From the NCBI GenBank assembly GCA_964057225.1, contig OZ059898.1:14074001-14138000 (forward strand): 64,000 nt of DNA, read 5' to 3'. The notes under the pieces are model-generated. The model saw only the letters and a program-made list of their open reading frames with translations, made no database searches and was not told where the DNA came from. Positions 9,003 through 20,761 of this stretch are shown here, in pieces; the first letter of the stretch is position 1; each line of letters opens with the position of its first letter. The translations under genes were made by a program, and so were the position numbers. The DNA is from Auanema rhodensis (taxonomy: Eukaryota; Animalia; Nematoda).

Positions 9003-11773
9003 TACGATGGCTCTTGAACTATTAGATTAGATGAGTTGACACATCTTTGACTTCATTGATAATTACGAATGAAAAGCAGAAACATATTTTTTCAACGTTT
9101 CACATCAAAAAATCAAAAATGGACAAGCTCAAGTATTTTCAAAATCTTTGCAACATATTGCATTCAAATCGTTCACAAAAAATGAAAAATGTATGCGTTC
9201 AGGGGGAATCGAACCCCCGTCGAATGCTTGGAAGGCATCCATGCTGACCATTACACCTCGAACGCTACGATGGCTCTTGAACTATTAGATTAGATGAGTT
9301 GACACATCTTTGACTTCATATATAATTACAGAATGAAAAGCAGAAACATATTTTTTTTAACGTTTCACATCAAAAAATCAAAAATGGACAAGCTCAAGTA
9401 TTTTCAAAATCTTTGCAACATATTGCAATCAAATCGTTCACAAAAAATGAAAAATGTATGCGTTCGGGGGGAATCGAACCCCCGTCGAATGCTTGGAAGG
9501 CATCCATGCTGACCATTACACCACGAACGCTACGATGGCTCTTGAACTATTAGATTAGATGAGTTTACACATCTTTGACTTCATTGATAATTACGAATGA
9601 AAAGCAGAAACATATTTTTTCAACGTTTCACATCAAAAAATCAAAAATGGACAAGCTCAAGTATTTTCAAAATCTTTGCAACATATTGCAAAACGTCAAA
9701 CCATTCTTAAAAAATGAAAAATGTATGCGTTCGGGGGGAATCGAACCCCCGTCGAATGCTTGGAAGGCATCCATGCTGACCATTACACCACGAACGCTAC
9801 AATAGGTTGTGAACTATTAGATTAGATGAGTTGACACATCTTTGACTTCATTGATAATTACGAATGAAAAGCAGTAACATATTTTTTTCAAACGTTTCAC
9901 ATCAAAAAATCAAAAATGGACAAGCTCAAGTATTTTCAAAATCTTTGCAACATATTGCAATCAAATCGTTCAGAAAAAATGAAAAATGTGTGCGTTCGGG
10001 GGGAATCGAACCCCCGTCGAATGCTTGGAAGGCATCCATGCTGACCATTACACCTCGAACGCTACGATGGCTCTTGAACTATTAGATTAGATGAGTTGAC
10101 ACATCTTTGACTTCATATATAATTACAGAATGAAAAGCAGAAACATATTTTTTTTAACGTTTCACATCAAAAAATCAAAAATGGACAAGCTCAAGTATTT
10201 TCAAAATCTTTGCAACATATTGCAAAACGTCAAACCATTCTTAAAAAATGAAAAATGTATGCGTTCGGGGGGAATCGAACCCCCGTCGAATGCTTGGAAG
10301 GCATCCATGCTGACCATTACACCACGAACGCTACGATGGCTCTTGAACTATTAGATTAGATGAGTTGACACATCTTTGACTTCATTGATAATTACGAATG
10401 AAAAGCAGAAACATATTTTTTCAACGTTTCACATCAAAAAATCAAAAATGGACAAGCTCAAGTATTTTCAAAATCTTTGCAACATATTGCATTCAAATCG
10501 TTCACAAAAAATGAAAAATGTATGCGTTCAGGGGGAATCGAACCCCCGTCGAATGCTTGGAAGGCATCCATGCTGACCATTACACCTCGAACGCTACGAT
10601 GGCTCTTGAACTATTTGATTAGATGAGTTGACACATCTTTGACTTCATTGATAATTACGAATGAAAAGCAGTAACATATTTTTTTCAAACGTTCCACATC
10701 GAAAATTCAAAAATGGACAAGCTCAAGTATTTTCAAAATCTTTGCAACATATTGCAAAACGTCAAACCATTCTTAAAAAATGAAAAATGTATGCGTTCGG
10801 GGGGAATCGAACCCCCGTCGAATGCTTGGAAGGCATCCATGCTGACCATTACACCACGAACGCTACAATAGGTTGTGAACTATTAGATTAGATGAGTTGA
10901 CACATCTTTGACTTCATTGATAATTACGAATGAAAAGCAGTAACATATTTTTTTCAAACGTTTCACATCAAAAAATCAAAAATGGACAAGCTCAAGTATT
11001 TTCAAAATCTTTGCAACATATTGCAAAACGTCAAACCATTCTTAAAAAATGAAAAATGTATGCGTTCGGGGGGAATCGAACCCCCGTCGAATGCTTGGAA
11101 GGCATCCATGCTGACCATTACACCACGAACGCTACAATAGGTTGTGAACTATTAGATTAGATGAGTTGACACATCTTTGACTTCATTGATAATTACGAAT
11201 GAAAAGCAGTAACATATTTTTTTCAAACGTTTCACATCAAAAAATCAAAAATGGACAAGCTCAAGTATTTTCAAAATCTTTGCAACATATTGCAATCAAA
11301 TCGTTCAGAAAAAATGAAAAATGTGTGCGTTCGGGGGGAATCGAACCCCCGTCGAATGCTTGGAAGGCATCCATGCTGACCATTACACCTCGAACGCTAC
11401 GATGGCTCTTGAACTATTAGATTAGATGAGTTGACACATCTTTGACTTCATATATAATTACAGAATGAAAAGCAGAAACATATTTTTTTTAACGTTTCAC
11501 ATCAAAAAATCAAAAATGGACAAGCTCAAGTATTTTCAAAATCTTTGCAACATATTGCAAAACGTCAAACCATTCTTAAAAAATGAAAAATGTATGCGTT
11601 CGGGGGGAATCGAACCCCCGTCGAATGCTTGGAAGGCATCCATGCTGACCATTACACCACGAACGCTACGATGGCTCTTGAACTATTAGATTAGATGAGT
11701 TGACACATCTTTGACTTCATATATAACTACAGAATGAAAAGCAGAAACATATTTTTTTCAAACGTTTCACATC

Positions 11774-12113
11774 CGTTCCATTCGGACTCCCCATATATGT
11801 AGCTGAAGGGTTAGAGCCAGACGACCAGAGGACCGAGGAATGGCTCCGCCTTCCCTCGTTCCCTTGGTCGGGAGTTCGCCTCTTAGCAAGCTCATGGACG
11901 GCTTGTAGTTTAGTCTTTATACTTATATTTATCTTATTGTATTGTATCTTTATCTTTGTATATTATTGTTGTAGTTTCATGCCAATAAATCTTTCTCTCT
12001 TTTATCTTATGATTGACCTTATGCTCTTTATTCCTTACCGCTACACCAAGGAATACTATGCGCGTCATAGTATAAACTACAATGGTTTATATTATCGACG
12101 CAGGAGCATAACG
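11774..12113 (+). mobile_element. Gypsy family 1 solo LTR
   Basis: Same sequence and same junctions as 8531-8870. Confidence 0.92.
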
Positions 12114-13422
12114 TTCCACATCGAAAATTCAAAAATGGACAAGCTCAAGTATTCTTAAAAAATGAAAAATGTATGCGTTCGGGGGGAATCGAACCCCCGT
12201 CGAATGCTTGGAAGGCATCCATGCTGACCATTACACCACGAACGCTACGATGGTTCTTGAACTATTAGATTAGATGAGTTGACACATCTTTGACTTCATT
12301 GATAATTACGAATGAAAAGCAGAAACATATTTTTTCAACGTTTCACATCAAAAAATCAAAAATGGACAAGCTCAAGTATTTTCAAAATCTTTGCAACATA
12401 TTGCAAAACGTCAAACCATTCTTAAAAAATGAAAAATGTATGCGTTCGGGGGGAATCGAACCCCCGTCGAATGCTTGGAAGGCATCCATGCTGACCATTA
12501 CACCACGAACGCTACAATAGGTTGTGAACTATTAGATTAGATGAGTTGACACATCTTTGACTTCATTGATAATTACGAATGAAAAGCAGTAACATATTTT
12601 TTTCAAACGTTTCACATCAAAAAATCAAAAATGGACAAGCTCAAGTATTTTCAAAATCTTTGCAACATATTGCAATCAAATCGTTCAGAAAAAATGAAAA
12701 ATGTGTGCGTTCGGGGGGAATCGAACCCCCGTCGAATGCTTGGAAGGCATCCATGCTGACCATTACACCTCGAACGCTACGATGGCTCTTGAACTATTAG
12801 ATTAGATGAGTTGACACATCTTTGACTTCATATATAATTACAGAATGAAAAGCAGAAACATATTTTTTTTAACGTTTCACATCAAAAAATCAAAAATGGA
12901 CAAGCTCAAGTATTTTCAAAATCTTTGCAACATATTGCAAAACGTCAAACCATTCTTAAAAAATGAAAAATGTATGCGTTCGGGGGGAATCGAACCCCCG
13001 TCGAATGCTTGGAAGGCATCCATGCTGACCATTACACCACGAACGCTACGATGGCTCTTGAACTATTAGATTAGATGAGTTGACACATCTTTGACTTCAT
13101 ATATAATTACAGAATGAAAAGCAGAAACATATTTTTTTCAAACGTTTCACATCAAAAATTCAAAAATGGACAAGCTCAAGTAATTTCAAAATCTTTGCAA
13201 CATATTGCAAAACGTCAAACCATTCTTAAAAAATGAAAAATGTATGCGTTCGGGGGGAATCGAACCCCCGTCGAATGCTTGGAAGGCATCCATGCTGACC
13301 ATTACACCACGAACGCTACAATAGGTTGTGAACTATTAGATTAGATGAGTTGACACATCTTTGACTTCATATATAATTACGAATGAAAAGCAGTAACATA
13401 TTTTTTTCAAACTTTTCACATC

Positions 13423-13767
13423 CGTTCCATTCGGACTCCCCATATATGTAGCTGAAGGGTTAGAGCCAGACGACCAGAGGACCGAGGAATGGCTCCGCCT
13501 TCCCTCGTTCCCTTGGTCGGGAGTTCGCCTCTTAGCAAGCTCATGGACGGCTTGTAGTTTAGTCTTTATACTTATATTTTTCTTATTGTATTGTATCTTT
13601 ATCTTTGTATATTATTGTTGTAGTTTCATGCCAATAAATCTTTCTCTCTTTTATCTTATGATTGACCTTATGCTCTTTATTCCTTACCGCTACACCAAGG
13701 AATACTATGCGCGTCATAGTATAAACTACAATGGTTTATATTATCGACGCAGGAGCATAACGGAACG
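13423..13767 (+). repeat. Family 1 5' LTR (345 bp)
   Basis: CGTTCCATT...AACGGAACG terminal inverted repeat, internal AATAAA, directly followed by the PBS. Confidence 0.92.
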
Positions 13768-13788
13768 TGGAGGTTCCACCTCGAACTC
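13768..13788 (+). promoter_or_regulatory. Primer-binding site, tRNA-Gln
   Basis: TGGAGGTTCCACC is complementary to the metazoan tRNA-Gln 3' end (...GGTGGAACCT-CCA). The following TCGAACTC is complementary to the T-loop. Confidence 0.85.
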
Positions 13789-16640
13789 ATCTTTTGAAAA
13801 AAAAAAAATTTTTTTTATTGTAAAAGTCCATTTTTGCATTCTAAATTATAAATTCCTCCACTTGAAACAACAAAATGAAGGCGCCAATTTGTTTTAAGGT
13901 ACAGATACAAGGGATCTCGCTTAAATGCGAGATAGGACCAATAAAAATTTTTGCCCACCGTCCTCAATTTAAAACCGTCTGAATGTCCACCCTTTTCTAT
14001 ATCGTATCTTGTACCGCTTCTCATGCCATTTTGAGGACGTTTGGATTGAAATAGAGGACAATTTCGCCAAACGAGAAATTATAATTGTTCACATTTTTTT
14101 TTTGGGCATAGAGAAGTTTGATTATTGGAACAAAAAGTTATAAGACGCGCGCAATTGATTATAGTTTGTATATTTTGTGGTCAGGACTAGAATTTTGAAA
14201 AATTATTATATTCAGACGTAAAAGATTATTTTACATATTATTTTGCGGGAAACCAAAAACGGTTACATAAATTGAATATAAAAAGAGACCACACTAGTCC
14301 GAAAAAGCCTGGTAAATCTGCAATAAGACTTCTCAGCTCTTATTTGACAGTCAGGTCAAGTTGGCGGAAGCATAACTGCTACGGATTTTATCCCCGTAGA
14401 TTATGTCACCTTCCTCAAATCATTTCGTTGTTTCAACTCATAAGATACCCCTTATTTCCTACAGTAATCCTAAGTAAATTGGAAATGTTTAAAAATAGAC
14501 GTATTTTTCTCATTTTTAAAAAGAAATTCGCTTAGGAAAACGCACTTTTGCTTATTTTGATCAAGAAAAAGGACAGCCTTTTCAATAACTCTCCTCAAAC
14601 CTCATTAGCATGCACAATGTCGAAAACATTTTGAGCAAAACATGCTATTTAAGGGAAAAGGAATGAGGAAAAGATTGCAAACATAAGTCCATTTTCTTGA
14701 CGAAAACAGAGCAAAGTGCACAAAAATAAAAACACAGAGTACAAACTTTATTCAGTCAATACCCATATTTGATTTGCAACCGAGTTCGAAACTCAGAGGC
14801 AAGAAACATAGGAGTTTCGCTCGCAATTAAATCTTCACTATATTCTAAACCTCGCGAAACCCTAAGTTCCAAACCAAATAATGAGTCATCATAAACAATA
14901 TAGATTTTAAACCATAATCTATATAATAAATAATAATAAAAATGACTCTTTTCCTGGTACCAGGCCCAAGGGCGTGCGGTTAATAAACCGGCCCTACCAT
15001 TATATACATGAGCGCATAGATCAACTAAGCACCTTCGACCAACAAGCTCCACTTCGGGAGCTACATCTACGAAGGTGGCAAAGTTTATATGGCCCTGCCC
15101 CAAATAATACATTTGGTGATCTTCGATAAACTAAAGTAATCAAATAATCAAACATAAAATGGAGATACACAAACCATTAAAATTATATCAAGATTTGGCC
15201 TATAAGCCAAAACTCCTTCTCCATCGTACTCAACGATGGATTCGTATAATTTCCACAGGACATAAGTCATGCCAGTGGGATTATAACGTTGGAAATCCAT
15301 TTTTTTTTCTTTCTTTCTTTTCTTTTCTTTTGTTTCTAACCTTAAAATAAATGTCCAAAGGCCGCAAAAGTACAAAGGGGATGACATGAATAAAGTTTTT
15401 TTTAAAGATTCTAGAGCAGTAAGAAAACAAAATTAGAGGAAAGTGCAAGAGCGGATAAAAATAGTTTTTGCGAAGAGATAAACATCATTAACTATAATAA
15501 GCTTACGGTAGATAGGCGGAGTCAGATTCCTGGCCAGGATTTGAAAAACTCCCTCTCATTTACCCTCCGCATCGCCCAGCAAAGCATGACTATCCTATTG
15601 CTCCCGAATCTTTCTCTCTCCCAACACACATCTAAAAGAATCTTACGCACCTTACGTCAACATCCCACACGTAGCTCACCATTCTCGGTTTTTCCAAACC
15701 AAGAGTAATATAAAGGTGGCCAAAAGATTCTCATCGGTTTTCCGAGCCCTTTACTCGTCCGATACCAACAGTGACGCTACTGTCGCAAGTCGTCGCAGAA
15801 GCCGTACCCGACTTCTTAGTGTTCAAATAGAAAAACCGCACCAACCAGCCGAGAAGCCGAAGCCGCAAGTCGACCAGTTTTATACTCCCCGAGAAGGAAC
15901 ATATTCACCTTCTGACGACACCTACGAAGATCCGGACTTCATCAAAGCCGACGACAGAAAAAATTTTTATATACATTCTTTTCTTTTCTGTAAATTGTAA
16001 AAGGAAAGTAACGGTGAATTAGAAAACTTTTTGATGAGAGATTAAGTGAGTAAACAACCAAAAATAAGGAATAAGTGAAAATATAATAGAAATAAATGGC
16101 TACCGTAATCCTATACGACCGATAGAGATAAAATTTTGCGCTAAACTGAGCTCCATATGTATCTCCAGGAAGAGACGAACATTGGCAGGCGCCTAAGCCA
16201 CACCCCATCTGAGTGGTAGCCTCCATTAGTACTCAAGGATTCATTCAGAGAGACATATGGAGACGAGTAAATTATTAACTAAAATTATCCCCATCATCAT
16301 TAGGATACGAGTAACCATGTAACCGAAATGTTTAATAATTCCTTAGTGTCTCACATAAATCACACATTCATGAAACAAAGAATTTTTTTTTATTACAGTA
16401 CTACAATGACTAAATTTATTTTCTAATCCTCCGTTACAAAATAACATAAAACCTATTATTGTATTCAAATTCTATCTTAATACCATAAAGAAACCTATTA
16501 AAACTATTTATATATCTTTCTACATGTAGATTTTGAAACTTTTAAATTTATTTGTAAACTCCTAGACTCTAAAACTCAGCTACATATACACTAAAAACTC
16601 TTTATATCGCGCGGACGCGAAAAATCTTTGAAAAAGGGCA

Positions 16641-16956
16641 CGTTCCATTCGGACTCCCCATATATGTAGCTGAAGGGTTAGAGCCAGACCACCAGAGGAC
16701 CGAGGAATTGCTCCGCCTTCCCTCGTTCCCTTGGTCGGGAGTTCGCCTCTTAGCAAGCTCATGGACGGCTTGTAGTTTAGTCTTTATACTTATATTTATC
16801 TTATTGTATTGTATCTTTATCTTTGTATATTATTGTTGTAGTTTCATGCCAATAAATCTTTCTCTCTTTTATCTTATGATTGACCTTATGCTCTTTATTC
16901 CTTACCGCTACACCAAGGAATACTATGCGCGTCATAGTATAAACTACAATGGTTTA
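16641..16956 (+). repeat. Family 1 3' LTR, lacking the last 29 nt
   Basis: Matches the 5' LTR with three substitutions seen by eye, and follows the PPT. Confidence 0.92.
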
Positions 16957-17253
16957 GGTAACCATATGGACTTTAATAGTGTGAATGCCATTGTAAAAGT
17001 AACAGAGAGTAGAGAAAAAGAAGTTTATTCAGAATATGGAAATACAATTATAAAAGCAAAATACAATAATCAAATAAATGAAACTACATGTTATGAGAAA
17101 GCCAACCTAGTTGCTTTCTCAGGGGTTTATATAGCAAAATATTAATTACAAATATAATTGAATTTATACAAAAAGTAGTTCAGGTCTAGTTTCTTATTGA
17201 ATTCTATTAACCAAAAGTCGGTTGACGTTGTCAACCGCCTTCTTTATAAGACA
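16955..17253 (-). repeat. Family 2 3' LTR, truncated at both ends (11 nt and 29 nt missing)
   Basis: Matches 20791-21089 with no difference seen. Confidence 0.92.
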
Positions 17254-19622
17254 GTGTTGTTTTTGAGAATGAATGCTCCTTGTATTTCCGAGATTAATAC
17301 AGTATCATTGTTGATTAGTGCTTCGAATTTCCCTAATGTCGTGTAGTCGCAATTTCGATGATCATTGGGTGGGATCCATGTGATAACTGCGTTGGTGGTG
17401 TTGCATACTCCTTGTTGCTTAGTGCATCCTTCAGTGTTGATGAATAAGTCGGAGATTATAGTGTCATCGTGTAGGCTAGTCATCATTCCTCTTTCTAAGG
17501 TGAATCTTGACTTGGTTGTGCAAGAGGATGCCCAAAACGATTTTGATTGTGTATTAGATGGCATAGGGGCTTTGAATAGTCCTGGTGCTTCGCGATTGAG
17601 GTCGTTATCCATGTGTCGTCTTTCTTGAATGGCTGTTTGGCATTCTTGTGGAGTGGCTGGTTCTATTCGGAGTAATGTAACGTTATTTTCCCTGATGAAG
17701 AATAAGTCGTGGGCGCACGTTTTATAGATTTCCTTGGCGCATTTCCATGCTTCCCATTCCTTGTAATTCATATTTTCTGCGAATAGTTCCACTGTTTTTA
17801 TCTCGACTCCGTCCTTGTGTGCATAGTCTGAGCAGGTGGTTGGGCGAGGTGGTTCGAGGAAAATACCTCCTCGTTTGCCAATGCAGAGTTGATAGGTGTT
17901 GTCTGCCTGGCAAGGTATCATAGATAGGGCGATGACGGATAAGAATAGCGGTATGAACGGAAGTGTCTTCTTTGTTTTGACTGTTTCCTTTTCTACTTTG
18001 TTAACGTGAAAACGGACGCTGGGGCTTCTTGTGTGATCTCTGTGCCTGTTATGTGGTCCATATGAAGTGCTGCGATTTCGTTGTTGAAATCCGCGATCAG
18101 GACAGTTTCCGCGGTTGTATCGGTCGTTTCCTCTGTGCTCCTGTCGATCATTCCTTCTGCTATCATATCGATCGTTTCCTCTGCTGTTGTATCGATCATT
18201 GTATCTATCGTACCGTTGGGGGCTACGATAATTGTTGTATCCTCGTTGATATCCATTGTTTCTGTTATCCTGTCTGAAGTTGTGACGGTTATTTTGTCGA
18301 TCCTCTTGGTATCTTGGTGAGCGGTATCCTCCTCTTCTTTGATTCCATTGCTCTTGTGGTTGTTGTGGTCTTGATTGATTTCCATAGAATGTTCTTGATT
18401 GGTGTGTTTGTGATCCGTCATAGATTTTCTCCTGTTGTGATGCTCTCATGTGGTTTATGAGACCATTATTAATCTCTAGTTGTTCCACGTCTTTAATCAA
18501 GTTGTTGACCAAGAGCGAAGGATCCTCGTCAGCTTCCACAGTTTCGGCAATAGTCACGGCTGCATCAAAGGTGATAGGGCTGCGGTTATTGACATGTGTT
18601 CTTAAAGTCTTTCGTAGTCCTCCTAAGAATGAAACTCGTAGTATTCTTTCATCGGCTGTCGAGTCCATGTTGCATGATTCGTAGGCAAGGTTTCTGCAGC
18701 GTTGAGCGAAATTTTGTACCGTTTCGTGCTCTCCTTGTTTCAAATGAGTGAGTTTTGTGAATGCTGCATCTCTCTTTTCTGGAGGTTGTAATTTCTCCGA
18801 TAGTATGCGTTTGACGTGGTTCCATCCCTGGCGTAAGTCTTCTGCTGGTATAGTTCGAAGAGCTTCAGCGGCTCTATCCGTTCCGAGAAGTAGATAGAGA
18901 TGGGAAAGTCTCTCGGCAATAGGGACTTGAAGGGCATCGAAATATCCTTCTAGTCTTTGCATGTAGAGGTTGAATGGAACCGATCCATCATAAAGCGTAG
19001 GTTTGTGATGGCGAATAGAAACGTTGTGGGCTCTTGCAATAGGAGAGTTGTCTTGCTCCATCTGCTCTGCCATTTGAGGGCGACTTCTCTGCTCTGTAAC
19101 ATTCGAAGTCAAATTTACGTTATTGTCTGACGAAGAAGAGACAGGAGACAGAGAGTGCCCGTGCAAAGATTGATCAGTGGAAGAGGGAGAGTTTCTAGGA
19201 ATAGGAGAGGTGAGGATTTCCGCATTTGCGGTTTGAACAAGGCGTTGAGGAGAAGTGTGATTTGGAGGACAAGTGTTAGTGCCGGTATTAACAACTGTTT
19301 TTGGAGAGTGAGAAGAGCGTTTGGGCGTGGATTTACTGGATGATGCTTTATTCTTATTCAAGCTAATTGCATGCCTAGTAGTTTTAATAGCAGTAGTATA
19401 AAGTTTCTTAGCAGTTAGCGGTGTACCCGGAATAGGGGGTAATTTCTTTGATTTCGCGTTCGTTTTCGGATATTTCGCATCTGGTCGGAATGCATCCGGT
19501 GGTCCTCTTTTTCTTTGGTTTCTATGCAGTGCTGCTTCCACTGTCTGAGTTTTCTCTGCGCTATTCGTAGCATTTTGGGCAATATTTCCCGGCGGAGGGT
19601 TTTGATTCGCTGCGTCAGCCAT
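17244..19622 (-). CDS. Gypsy Gag fused in frame to a signal peptide and Cys-rich envelope-like ectodomain (3'-truncated)
   Basis: Basic, Ser/Pro-rich N-terminus. Capsid-like PTLYDGSVPFNLYMQRLEGYF...LKQGEHETVQNFAQR...FLGGLR. R/N/D/G-rich repeats instead of CCHC. Signal LPFIPLFLSVIALSMIPCQA, then a Cys-rich domain with N-glycosylation sequons (NVT, NTT, NDT). The stop is supplied by the LTR after the deletion junction. Confidence 0.85.
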   Translation of the reverse strand: MADAANQNPPPGNIAQNATNSAEKTQTVEAALHRNQRKRGPPDAFRPDAKYPKTNAKSKKLPPIPGTPLTAKKLYTTAIKTTRHAISLNKNKASSSKSTPKRSSHSPKTVVNTGTNTCPPNHTSPQRLVQTANAEILTSPIPRNSPSSTDQSLHGHSLSPVSSSSDNNVNLTSNVTEQRSRPQMAEQMEQDNSPIARAHNVSIRHHKPTLYDGSVPFNLYMQRLEGYFDALQVPIAERLSHLYLLLGTDRAAEALRTIPAEDLRQGWNHVKRILSEKLQPPEKRDAAFTKLTHLKQGEHETVQNFAQRCRNLAYESCNMDSTADERILRVSFLGGLRKTLRTHVNNRSPITFDAAVTIAETVEADEDPSLLVNNLIKDVEQLEINNGLINHMRASQQEKIYDGSQTHQSRTFYGNQSRPQQPQEQWNQRRGGYRSPRYQEDRQNNRHNFRQDNRNNGYQRGYNNYRSPQRYDRYNDRYNSRGNDRYDSRRNDRQEHRGNDRYNRGNCPDRGFQQRNRSTSYGPHNRHRDHTRSPSVRFHVNKVEKETVKTKKTLPFIPLFLSVIALSMIPCQADNTYQLCIGKRGGIFLEPPRPTTCSDYAHKDGVEIKTVELFAENMNYKEWEAWKCAKEIYKTCAHDLFFIRENNVTLLRIEPATPQECQTAIQERRHMDNDLNREAPGLFKAPMPSNTQSKSFWASSCTTKSRFTLERGMMTSLHDDTIISDLFINTEGCTKQQGVCNTTNAVITWIPPNDHRNCDYTTLGKFEALINNDTVLISEIQGAFILKNNTVL

Positions 19623-20740
19623 CTTTGTTGGTTTCCTGGAAGGAAATTATTAACCAACGAAGACTGAGCTTATATTATACAAAACGTAAGAGACAATATG
19701 GGGTTGGTATGCGCGACTCCTGTTCCTGTCAGGGGGCCAGCCTGCAGCGGGTCTCTAGTCGGAGAATAGCCTGGTCAGGTTCATACACGAGTCCGCAACT
19801 ACGTGTGACCTTTAGCAAAGGACCAAGTTCTTATCTCTCGAAGAGGCATGAGATATGAGACAGTGGTCTGTGTATTGCTCCTTTTCAGTCATGGACAAGA
19901 TCAGGTACACAGGCTTCTCATACTCACTTTTCCAGACTTCTCTTACCTAAGCAAACCCCCAAAAGACGTTCCCTTTTAACGTTACTTCTGTTCCCCTGGG
20001 TCTTGCTAGGTGGGACCACTCAATTTCAAAATATTCTTTAATTCTCATATGGGACCAAAAGGGTAAATTTCAAATGATTGCGCGTCTTATATCAAAAAGT
20101 GTACGCCTCCGCGCGATGTCCCGAGAATGTCTGGTATTGTTTCTTACGGGGCTTTCTCATAAAAATGCGTTAGATATCAAGAATAGTGATTTTGTTTATG
20201 AATCAATGTTTTCAGAATGATTTATGAATAGATATTTTCAAAATTTAGCTTGTGATAAGATGTTTTCAAGATGACTTATGGGTAAGTGTTGCAATATGAA
20301 TAAATGTCTTTAAGATATTTCATGAATTGATAGTTTTTAATATTATTCGTGGTTAAATATTTTGATATGCTTGTTCCAAAAAGAGTTTTTATGCATTATA
20401 TGCCTTTAACATACAGGAAAGTAGAGGAATAAAGTAGGAATATAGATTGTAATAGATAATATGTATAAGACATTTTTTTTTTTTTTTTTTCAAATAGATA
20501 TATCAGAAATGATGTTAGAAGAATGATATTTAGAGATAAATTCGAATTACTAGATTAAATTGGAGTTTTTGTTTTAGATACAAAATTGACTTGAAAGTTT
20601 GAAATATAAAATTTAATTAGAATTTTTGGATATGAAATCAAGATAAATTTTTAGAGTAAAAAGGATTTCAAAGAAAGAGAAAGTAATTTAAAGGTGAGAA
20701 AAGTAGCGGCAATGGTCCATAGAGATTCGTCCCTTATAGA

Positions 20741-20761
20741 CGAATCTCGGTGGAACCTCCA
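20741..20761 (-). promoter_or_regulatory. Primer-binding site, tRNA-Gln
   Basis: The minus strand reads TGGAGGTTCCACCGAGATTCG immediately after the LTR, an 18-21 nt complement of the tRNA-Gln 3' end. Confidence 0.9.

Larger units (their letters stand above)
8488..13422 (-). repeat. tRNA-Gly(TCC) tandem array, block 1 (16 genes, 2 solo LTRs)
   Basis: 263-270 bp unit. tRNA copies counted from 8931 to 13316. Confidence 0.95.
13423..16956 (+). mobile_element. Gypsy family 1 non-autonomous LTR element (no gag/pol)
   Basis: 5' LTR 13423-13767, PBS at 13768, PPT GAAAAAGGG 16630-16638, 3' LTR 16641-16956 (truncated). The 3' UTR (~15950-16640) is shared with the pol-bearing copy at 53115-53810. No long ORF. 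Confidence 0.88.

Noticed and set aside
8931-9193. tRNA-derived SINE
   Set aside because: The tRNA is intact with an immediate terminator, and there is no tail, body or TSD. The arrangement is tandem, not dispersed.
13686-13788. Antisense Pol III promoter formed by the A-box-like LTR loop and the B-box-like PBS
   Set aside because: On the minus strand the B-like box precedes the A-like box, which is the wrong order. Primer pairing is the better explanation.
15590-16000. Open frame in the non-autonomous element (...AKRFSSVFRALYSS...)
   Set aside because: No ATG and no recognisable domain. It could be a decayed remnant but cannot be supported.
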